NCBI GenBank assembly: GCA_964611355.1
Contig: CAZSYD010000002.1
Coordinates: 10,409 to 74,408 of the forward strand
From: an uncultured Ignavibacteriales bacterium
Lineage (GTDB): Bacteria; Zixibacteria; MSB-5A5; GN15; JAAZOE01
Length of the DNA stretch: 64,000 nucleotides
Reading direction: 5' to 3'
The notes under the pieces were generated by a model. It was not told where the DNA came from and did no database searches. It worked only from the letters and a program-made list of their open reading frames with translations. Shown piece by piece: positions 8,533 through 16,267 of this stretch. Numbering within the stretch: the first letter of the stretch is position 1; each line of letters starts with the position of its first letter. A program made the translations under genes and the position numbers.

Positions 8533-10290
8533 ATGAAACCGGCCAGGCAAATATTTCCAATACTGGTTGCCTTGTTCATGTTTACAACCGTCAGTGGTGC
8601 GGAAGGTCAATATAAAAAGTATGAACCGGATAAAAAAGAAGACAGGATACTGGCGAAGCTTGAACTGGGCGAACGGCAGTGGACGATTACGTTTTATGAT
8701 GAAGTCGGCAAAGGTCATGAATCTACTTATTTGATTTCGCAGGTAAATCGCAGCGAAGGGGCCATAACGCTGGGCGACGAAGTTACAATGAATGACGATG
8801 GCATCAAAGGGCCCGGTTTTTCCATTGATTTCAAGGATATAGATGAAATAAGAATAGACGCTGACCCCGACCGGTATGATGCGGCGTTTTATTTCATGGC
8901 GGCGGATTCGGAGCGAAAAAGACCCCGCTTCCGCCAAAAACGAGACCTTATCTTTTTCTTGAATTCAATTACCGTGGAAGAAGATGAATTCGTTCGCGGT
9001 TCGGTAGTAAGCCTTTTCGGCGACATAGACGTGTACGGCGAAGTCAATCGTGATGTGGTAACCGTCTTTGGCGATATACATGCCGGTAAAGAAGCGGTGA
9101 TCCGCGGCGACGTGGTATCGGTCAACGGCTCGGTGAAGCTTGCCTCGGGATCGTCGGTTTACGGTGCGGTCAGGTCATCCAAAGGGGAATATTCAACTCG
9201 CCGGCACCGTGCCCGCCGGTGGAAAAAGCTGGAAAACGAAATCTGCATAGCCGGTGATCTTTATTATAATCGTGTGGACGGACTCGCCCTTCTGGCAGGT
9301 TTCAAATACGACGACCCCGATTCGATTCTCCCTTCGTTCGAGACCCTTGGCGGTTACGCCTTCTCATCCGATCGCTGGCGATATAAACTGGTTTTGGCGC
9401 AGACGGTACTTCGCGGGCCGATGCCGGTTCAGATAGGGGGAAAAGTCTATCGCCTTTTGAAATCAGATGATGATCGGATCATTGGTGATTGGGAAAACAC
9501 GATTTTTGCCCTCCTCGTTAACGAGGACTGGAAGGATTTCTACGAGGCCGAAGGGGGCTACGGATTTGTCCGCCTCGGCTTTTTGCGCTGGAATCGGCTG
9601 GAGGTCGGATACCTGTCGGAAACGCAGAACTGGCTTGATGCACATCCCCAATTATGGTCACTGTTCGGCGCCAAGCAATTCAGGGGAAATTTCTCTTCGG
9701 TTCCTTATGATACTCTGGCGGTCATGAGATCTGATTTTGATGACAAGCTCATCGCCAGCCTCAATGCCAAATTTACTTTTGATTCGCGCGACGACGAAAA
9801 ACATCCGCGCCGGGGATGGTACGGTTATGCCGCCTACGAATATTCGCCGGACAAGTGGAAAGGCGATTTTGACTTCGAACGTTTTGAAGTGATTCTGAAA
9901 CGGTACCAGCCGATTCAACGATATCTATCGATACGGTTGATGGCTGCCTATGGCCGGGCTAAAGGTAACAATGTTCCTCTTAACCGGCAGTTTTTCCTTG
10001 GAGGGCTGGGCACGCTTCACGGTTATCGACACAAAGAATTTCGGGGCAACGAATACATGCTGGTCAGCGGTGAGTACGGTTTCCGCATTCCGCGATCGGA
10101 TATCAGCCCTTTTTTGCGATATGACGGAGGCAAGATCGCGCCCAATCGCCTGTCCGGTGAAAACAGTTGGTGCGGTGCCATTAGTATCGGTATCTGCTTT
10201 GAAGAAAACCTGAAGCTGTTTATTTCCCGGCGTCTTGATCGCGAAGATGAAGATCCGATCTTCTACGCTCGTTTTTCGGCACCAATTTAG
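8533..10290 (+). CDS. Omp85/BamA-TamA-family outer membrane barrel with N-terminal bactofilin-like beta-helix, no POTRA evident
   Basis: GAGGAGG RBS before ATG 8533; signal peptide; GSVV/GDID/GEV/GDV repeats; C-terminal FFLGGLGTLHGY surface-antigen motif. Confidence 0.72.
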   Translation: MKPARQIFPILVALFMFTTVSGAEGQYKKYEPDKKEDRILAKLELGERQWTITFYDEVGKGHESTYLISQVNRSEGAITLGDEVTMNDDGIKGPGFSIDFKDIDEIRIDADPDRYDAAFYFMAADSERKRPRFRQKRDLIFFLNSITVEEDEFVRGSVVSLFGDIDVYGEVNRDVVTVFGDIHAGKEAVIRGDVVSVNGSVKLASGSSVYGAVRSSKGEYSTRRHRARRWKKLENEICIAGDLYYNRVDGLALLAGFKYDDPDSILPSFETLGGYAFSSDRWRYKLVLAQTVLRGPMPVQIGGKVYRLLKSDDDRIIGDWENTIFALLVNEDWKDFYEAEGGYGFVRLGFLRWNRLEVGYLSETQNWLDAHPQLWSLFGAKQFRGNFSSVPYDTLAVMRSDFDDKLIASLNAKFTFDSRDDEKHPRRGWYGYAAYEYSPDKWKGDFDFERFEVILKRYQPIQRYLSIRLMAAYGRAKGNNVPLNRQFFLGGLGTLHGYRHKEFRGNEYMLVSGEYGFRIPRSDISPFLRYDGGKIAPNRLSGENSWCGAISIGICFEENLKLFISRRLDREDEDPIFYARFSAPI

Positions 10291-10294
10291 CGAG

Positions 10295-10981
10295 ATGAAA
10301 ACGGGGGACAGGTTGCGAATCGGCGGGGTTAGACAGCTGTTGATCGGGCTGCTTGGTTTGAGTATTTTCTCCCCGGCGACGCCCGTTATAGCCAAACAGG
10401 TTGAGTTTGACTACGATATTTTTGTAGTTGAGGATACTCTTGTTTTCTGGCTCGATATAACTCCGGCATTAACCCAAAGGAAAATGGAAGATCTTCTTTC
10501 CGGCCTTGATATCCATATCGGGATAGATATAAGGCTGGAAAGGCCCCGCCGGTTTCTTCCGGCAAGGACGCTTGTCAAAAAGCGGGCCGCTCTTTTGATA
10601 TCTCACCCGCTAACCGAAGATGTCTACTATTTGAAAACAGCCAATCCTGATGTTATTAAACATAAATTCGAGAGCCAGCTTCAACTGTCCGATTTCCTGG
10701 CCGATTCCCTGGTTTTCAAAATAGCCCCTGTTTCGGATATTGGGGGTGACGGCCGTCCTCGCCTGCGGCTTAACATTACCTGTAAATCGTTTACATTCAA
10801 GACTATGCTCGGTCGACCGGGAGGGCGGGACAAAGATTTACTGCCGGCAGACAGCAGCAATACCGAATTTTTTGAGGATATTTTTTCTGTTTTTTTCAGA
10901 CTAATCGGCTTCGGGGAGGAATCTTATCGAGTAATTTCTCCGCTTTTCGATCCCGCCGATCTGCCCCGCGATAAACGGTAA
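10295..10981 (+). CDS. Exported protein, DUF4390-like
   Basis: Hydrophobic N-terminal signal; KMEDLLSGLDIHIGIDIRLER...PLTEDVY resembles DUF4390, which often accompanies ntrY/ntrX; ATG 10295 avoids overlap with the upstream gene. Confidence 0.45.
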   Translation: MKTGDRLRIGGVRQLLIGLLGLSIFSPATPVIAKQVEFDYDIFVVEDTLVFWLDITPALTQRKMEDLLSGLDIHIGIDIRLERPRRFLPARTLVKKRAALLISHPLTEDVYYLKTANPDVIKHKFESQLQLSDFLADSLVFKIAPVSDIGGDGRPRLRLNITCKSFTFKTMLGRPGGRDKDLLPADSSNTEFFEDIFSVFFRLIGFGEESYRVISPLFDPADLPRDKR

Positions 10982-11051
10982 AGCCTAATTGTTTTCCACC
11001 TAACTGCCGATAATTAAGATAGTTATAAATACCTGCCGGGGTGAAGTACAT

Positions 11052-12824
11052 ATGGCCAAGCCGACAGATCGGGAAATAGAAAAGGAAAAAGGGTTTATCT
11101 CAGAAAGCCCGGATTTCGATGACAATCAGTCAACCGACCGCGTCGAAGTTGGCAATGTTCTGGCCGAAATGGAAAAGACGCTCAACGATATCGTGAGCGA
11201 AAACCCTCGCATTTCCACTCAATCAGACAGCAGCTTGGTTCGACTCGATGATCTTAAGGCGATTCTGGAGATATCGCTGGCCATCAATTCCACTCCGGCG
11301 CTTGAAGAAATCCTGCAGGTAGTGATGCTGAAGGCCGTGGAACTGCTGTCGGCCGAGCGCGGTTTTATTATGCTCCTCGATAAAGAGGGTAATCTCCAGT
11401 TTAAATCGGCCCATAAAATCCGCCGCGAAGAAACCACCCAAGAGTATTTCAAAATTTCCTATTCCATTGCCAACCGGGTGGCCCAAACAGGCAAGTCGGT
11501 TTACACCTCCGATGCGCAGGAAGATAAGCGTTACGCAAGGCAGCAATCGGTTGTGGAGTTGAACCTGCGTTCGATCATGTGCGTGCCGCTAAAGATCAAA
11601 AAACGCGTAATCGGTGTTATTTATCTGGATAATTCATCGCAGGCCAAGCTGTTTCTGAAGTCCGACCTGTATCTTTTTGAGCATTTCGCCCAGCAGGCGG
11701 CCATGGCCATCCATAAGGCTCAATTATACAACAATCTCAACCGCCTGAAGAAGTACAACGAGGACATTATCGCTCAGTCACCGGTCGGCATCATTGTTAT
11801 TGACCCCGAATATAATCTGATAACCATCAATGAGGGCGGCCTGGCCATCTTCCAAGTAAATAGGTCGGATATTGATCTGAGGGAGGATTCGGAAAAGAGA
11901 AGCCGCTTTTTCGATTTGATTCCTCACGATGATGGGGCGGCGTGGCAAAAAATGATTGAGGTAGTCCTGACCGGAATCGAGAATTACCAGGAAGATCGTT
12001 ATTTCCACCATACCGGCTTTGAAGAAAAAGTCCTTTCAATAAAGATATCCTCGATAGACAGCCTGCCGGGGAATAAAACCGGGGCCATTCTGGTTATCGA
12101 GGACATAACCGAGAAGGTTGTTCTGGAAAAGTACGTGATCCTCTCGGAGAAAATGGTCGCCAAGGGCGAGATGGCCGCCTCAATCGGGCACGAGTTGAAT
12201 AATTATCTGACTATCATATCGACCAATGCCGAATTGATACAGTTAAATCTTGAGCGCAATAAAATGGACAAAGTCATCCAGAACAGCCGCCAGGTGATCG
12301 ACAATGTCGCCAGGGTAAAAAGATTTACCGACGGGTTGATGGACTACTCCAAGCTGGAAACTGAAATGGTCAGCTATGATGTTCGGCGTCTTGTGGAAAA
12401 CCTGGTGTTTTCAATCAAGTCACAGCCCAAGTTCAAAGAGGTGCGGATAAAGACGTCATATTCGGCTGATCTGCCCGAGATAAGCATCGACGTGGGTCAG
12501 ATACAGCAGGTTCTTCTAAACCTGCTTAATAATGCCGTTGATGCCATGGAGGATGCCGTTAAACCGGAGATAAAAATCTCCTGCCGGTTCGATAAAAAAA
12601 GAGACATGATGGTGCTCCGCGTAGCCGACAAAGGTCACGGCATGTCGGAGGAGGTGCAGAACAAGCTGTTTCAAGCTCATTTTACCACCAAACCGCATGG
12701 GCACGGGCTGGGACTGGTCAATTCGCATAAGATTATTGTAAGCCACGGTGGCGAGATTCAAGTCGAGTCAACAGAGGGTAAAGGGACTGCGTTCAGCATC
12801 TTCCTGCCCCGTAACCGGAAATAG
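11052..12824 (+). CDS. Cytoplasmic GAF-PAS histidine kinase
   Basis: GAF (LEISLAINST...SIMCVPL...GVIYLDN), PAS, H box IGHELNN, NLLNNA, DKGHG, GHGLGL; no TM. Confidence 0.9.
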   Translation: MAKPTDREIEKEKGFISESPDFDDNQSTDRVEVGNVLAEMEKTLNDIVSENPRISTQSDSSLVRLDDLKAILEISLAINSTPALEEILQVVMLKAVELLSAERGFIMLLDKEGNLQFKSAHKIRREETTQEYFKISYSIANRVAQTGKSVYTSDAQEDKRYARQQSVVELNLRSIMCVPLKIKKRVIGVIYLDNSSQAKLFLKSDLYLFEHFAQQAAMAIHKAQLYNNLNRLKKYNEDIIAQSPVGIIVIDPEYNLITINEGGLAIFQVNRSDIDLREDSEKRSRFFDLIPHDDGAAWQKMIEVVLTGIENYQEDRYFHHTGFEEKVLSIKISSIDSLPGNKTGAILVIEDITEKVVLEKYVILSEKMVAKGEMAASIGHELNNYLTIISTNAELIQLNLERNKMDKVIQNSRQVIDNVARVKRFTDGLMDYSKLETEMVSYDVRRLVENLVFSIKSQPKFKEVRIKTSYSADLPEISIDVGQIQQVLLNLLNNAVDAMEDAVKPEIKISCRFDKKRDMMVLRVADKGHGMSEEVQNKLFQAHFTTKPHGHGLGLVNSHKIIVSHGGEIQVESTEGKGTAFSIFLPRNRK

Positions 12825-12834
12825 ATTTGGCTAA

Positions 12835-15800
12835 GTGATGGGTACGGCGAGCGACGTTTTTCCAAAAGGGTACACCATCATAAAAAAAATCGGCGAGGGC
12901 GGCACGTCTGAAGTTTTTCTCGCCGGAGCAGACGGTCATTCACGGCCGGTGGCCGTTAAACTTTTTTCCGATTTTTCCGCCTTTGATCTGGTTGAACGCG
13001 AACTGGAGATTGCCGGCCGTATAAAGTTTCCCGGTATTGTTCGGGTTCATCGATCCGGCCGGACGACAGACGGCAGGTATTTCGTCCAGACTGAATATTG
13101 TCCCGGGCCGACATTGGATAATCTGGCCGGCAGGATATCAGAGGATAAACTTCTGTCGATTCTTTCTGCGGTTTCAGCTTCCTTAAATGTCCTGCACCAG
13201 GCCGGGTACACTCATAATGATATCAAGCCGGCCAATATATTTTCTCCGACGGGATTTGATAATGATGATTTCCCCGTAAATCGGCTCTATTATTTAAAGC
13301 TTGGCGATTTTTCTCTTGCCCGGCGCTGCGACCGTGATGACACGGCTTCGGTCACCGGCACCGTCGGATATATGTCCCCGGAGATGATTCTTAAGAAAAA
13401 GATTGCGCCCGCTTCGGATCTTTTTTCACTTGGCGTCACGGGCTATTACCTTGCTTGCGGGAAGCCGCCTTTTGCCGCCGATACCGACGATCCGTTGGAA
13501 ATCAACGCCCGGATTACCGAAGGAGAACGTCCTTGTTTGTGCGGACCGACAGCTTCATTCTCGGAAGATACGACGAAATTGATTAAATCACTTTTGGAGA
13601 TCGATCCAGACAGTCGGCCGTCTTCCGCATTTGAACTGCTGGAATTACTTGCCAAAGCAGGCTCACCCTATCCCTTCAGAAAAGCAATCAGGCCTCGGCA
13701 TCTTTTGTGGGGATGGCGAAAAATTGATTCGACAACCTTAACCGATCTTTTTGGTAATAGCAGTTTTTCGCCGGGTCATCTGGATTTTATTCAAAGAGTG
13801 ACTTCGTATGACCCTGCGCACGTGCGCATTCTGCTGGAATGCAATTTCGAGGCCGGAAATTTCGCTCGTCTGGATGGCTGCTGGGGATGGAAAAACGAGT
13901 CGGCCGATTCGATAGAATGGTCGCGCAGGCAAATGCGATTCAGTCTTCGCCATTTACGCGGAAGGCCGGTTTCTCTAAAACATCTGGCTCTGGCCCTGGC
14001 GATAGTCGGCAGCGGGGCTGAGGTTGAAAGGGTCGCCGATGTGCTTTCGGCTGATAAGAAACGTCTTCTCGATCAATGGTATTCAATTCCCGAAGGAAGA
14101 CAGGCGGCTCTTCTGTATTCGCTTGACTCTGTAATGGCTGCGTCCACGAGAAAAATACTCTCCCGCCGATTAATTCGGATATATGAAAAATCTGAAAGCC
14201 GCAGGGATTTGGTCGGGAAGCTTATGTTCAACGTGGGAAGATATGCTGACGCCGTTCAATACCTGACCGCGGCGGCCGAGGATTATATTGCCGGTAACCG
14301 GCACGATGATTCATTTCCTCTTTTGGATATTGCGTTAGACGCGGCCGGGAAACTTGATGATCCGGCTTTACGGGCTGATGTCCTTATACTGAAAGCTCGA
14401 TTGCTTAAGGACCTGGGCCGGTTGCAACCGGCTGAATATTACTATAATGAAGTTATAGGCCTGGCGCGGCAGAACGACTTGAAAGAAGTTTCGGCCAGAG
14501 CCCATAAAGATATCGGCGATATTTACAAGGCAAAATCCGATTACAACGCCGGAATTGAAGCTCTCAACCACGCCCTTGAATTATACCGTGACTTGAACGA
14601 CCAGTTGGAATTGTCGCATACGCTTAATAATCTCGGCAATATACACTGGGTGGCAGGCCAACTGGACCAGGCTCTTAGACATTACCATGAAGCGCTTAAT
14701 ATCCAGACCGAATTGAAATCAGACAGGGATATCGCTTCCAGTTTAAACAATATCGGTTCGATATGTATTATGCAGGGCCGATACAACGAAGGCGTCTCGT
14801 TTCTTGACCGGTCGCTGGTAATTAAGGAGGAACTGGGCGACAAAAGGGAACTGGCCCGCACCTGGAATAACCTGGGCGTGGCACAATTTTTGGCCGGTCA
14901 TATTGATCAGGCCATAAATGCCTATATCAGGTCTCTTGAGTATAATCGCGAAATTGAAGATCGGCATGAACAACTTCTAAATATCGAGAACCTGGCCGAG
15001 GTAATGATTCAGGCCGGACGCCTGAAGAAGGCGCTGGAGTATCTTAAAGAAGGCACGAAATTGGCTGAAGAGGAGGATGCCGATTTCCATAAGAGCGATC
15101 TAAGGCGGCTTACCGGTCAGCTCCTGAGGCGGATGGGATACTATGATGATGCTGAAGCGAAATTGAACCGGGCATTTGAGATCGCCAAGAAGACGGACAA
15201 TAAGGGACTCCGGCTGGTCTGCACCCAAAATATTGCGCGACTGTACTTCGCCATTGGCGAAACCTCAACGGCGAAGGAGTATATATTAATGGCCGTAAGG
15301 CTGGCCGAAAGCCTGGGTGATAAAAACGCCTTGTTTCACCTGTCCCTCATGCAATTCGAGATTTCCGGTGACGTAAAACTCCGTGAGAAGGCTGAAGAAT
15401 TCGCGAAGGATTTAAGTTCCAACCGAGAAACGGCTCTATTGAATCTTACCTTACTCGAGCAAAATAATAAACGGAACACGAACAAAGATTCTGATAAATA
15501 CCTGACAGGTGCGGGAAGGTTTTTCAATGATGGAATCGAAGATATCGACCGGGCGCGGTTTGGCCTGGCGGTTGGTAAATATCATTTCCTCATAAAAGAG
15601 GAGGAAAAGGCGGTTAGGCAACTTGAGAAATCGCTGAAACTGGCCGTCAATTCGGGTTTACTTCTGGAGCAGTGGCAAATATCGTCTCTTCTTTCCGAGA
15701 TAACTTTTGCGGGCGGCGATTTCGAAACCTCATTTGACTATGCTCAGCAAACCCTGGATGTTTTGAAAAAAATCTCGGCGAAAGTGAAAGATTCGCAAAG

Positions 15801-15909
15801 GCTGGGCAGGTTTTATAATGATGAAAGGATTATCGAACTTCTGGGCCGGGTCAAATCGCTCCAGTCGGTTCTGGGACATAAAAGAGGGGCTGCCGCAGAC
15901 AGCCCCTGA
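12835..15909 (+). CDS. Hanks-type Ser/Thr kinase fused to a long TPR array
   Basis: GEGGTSEV, VAVK, HNDIKPAN, DFS (for DFG), GTVGYMSPE; repeated LNNLG/LNNIG/WNNLG TPRs from about aa 500 onward. Confidence 0.88.
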   Translation: MMGTASDVFPKGYTIIKKIGEGGTSEVFLAGADGHSRPVAVKLFSDFSAFDLVERELEIAGRIKFPGIVRVHRSGRTTDGRYFVQTEYCPGPTLDNLAGRISEDKLLSILSAVSASLNVLHQAGYTHNDIKPANIFSPTGFDNDDFPVNRLYYLKLGDFSLARRCDRDDTASVTGTVGYMSPEMILKKKIAPASDLFSLGVTGYYLACGKPPFAADTDDPLEINARITEGERPCLCGPTASFSEDTTKLIKSLLEIDPDSRPSSAFELLELLAKAGSPYPFRKAIRPRHLLWGWRKIDSTTLTDLFGNSSFSPGHLDFIQRVTSYDPAHVRILLECNFEAGNFARLDGCWGWKNESADSIEWSRRQMRFSLRHLRGRPVSLKHLALALAIVGSGAEVERVADVLSADKKRLLDQWYSIPEGRQAALLYSLDSVMAASTRKILSRRLIRIYEKSESRRDLVGKLMFNVGRYADAVQYLTAAAEDYIAGNRHDDSFPLLDIALDAAGKLDDPALRADVLILKARLLKDLGRLQPAEYYYNEVIGLARQNDLKEVSARAHKDIGDIYKAKSDYNAGIEALNHALELYRDLNDQLELSHTLNNLGNIHWVAGQLDQALRHYHEALNIQTELKSDRDIASSLNNIGSICIMQGRYNEGVSFLDRSLVIKEELGDKRELARTWNNLGVAQFLAGHIDQAINAYIRSLEYNREIEDRHEQLLNIENLAEVMIQAGRLKKALEYLKEGTKLAEEEDADFHKSDLRRLTGQLLRRMGYYDDAEAKLNRAFEIAKKTDNKGLRLVCTQNIARLYFAIGETSTAKEYILMAVRLAESLGDKNALFHLSLMQFEISGDVKLREKAEEFAKDLSSNRETALLNLTLLEQNNKRNTNKDSDKYLTGAGRFFNDGIEDIDRARFGLAVGKYHFLIKEEEKAVRQLEKSLKLAVNSGLLLEQWQISSLLSEITFAGGDFETSFDYAQQTLDVLKKISAKVKDSQRLGRFYNDERIIELLGRVKSLQSVLGHKRGAAADSP
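15880..15907 (-). terminator. Intrinsic terminator for the minus-strand small-peptide transcript
   Basis: Minus strand AGGGGCTGTC-TGC-GGCAGCCCCT then CTTTT; overlaps the last codons of the kinase-TPR gene. Confidence 0.7.
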
Positions 15910-15954
15910 TTCGACCAACTGGATTACGATCGGGGTGTTACCCCTGTCCGTAGA

Positions 15955-16032
15955 TTATTGACCACCCAGACTGATATTAGCCGGGGCAACCTTCTCTTCC
16001 AGTTCTTCGATGAGCAGATCATAATCCCTCAT
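15955..16032 (-). CDS. Unannotated 25-aa peptide MRDYDLLIEELEEKVAPANISLGGQ; candidate RiPP-like precursor (leader ...EELEEKVAP, putative core ANISLGGQ)
   Basis: Translated by hand; AAGGAGG RBS (16046-16040) 7 nt before ATG; upstream sigma70 promoter; downstream terminator; adjacent RRE-M50 peptidase gene; below the ORF-track length cutoff. Confidence 0.8.
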   Translation of the reverse strand: MRDYDLLIEELEEKVAPANISLGGQ

Positions 16033-16062
16033 TCGAGTGCCTCCTTAGTTAGGGTCGAATAC

Positions 16063-16088
16063 TCCCGGTCATATGATGATGGCCGGGA
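16063..16088 (-). promoter_or_regulatory. 5'-UTR stem-loop of the small-peptide transcript
   Basis: TCCCGGTCAT-ATGATG-ATGGCCGGGA inverted repeat (10 bp, one imperfect pair). Confidence 0.55.
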
Positions 16089-16182
16089 ATTTCTATGTAT
16101 AAAGCTTTTACTTCGCCCGTTACTTGCCGGATCAGAGTGCCGGTTTTTAAGCAGTTGAATAAATTACTACTACTCAACCTGA

Positions 16183-16210
16183 ACTATAATCAAAAATCCT
16201 GATATGTCAA
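16183..16210 (-). promoter_or_regulatory. Sigma70-type promoter driving the small peptide
   Basis: Minus strand TTGACA-N16-TATAGT, about 150 nt upstream of the ATG. Confidence 0.7.
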
Positions 16211-16267
16211 GCGATTTCGGTATTTTATTGCGTTATTCAAATGCGATGATTAATAGAAGCCCAGGTT

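Noticed and set aside
15958-16158. 66-aa plus-strand ORF overlapping the small peptide
   Set aside because: No RBS or recognisable motif; promoter, RBS and terminator all point to the minus-strand 25-aa ORF
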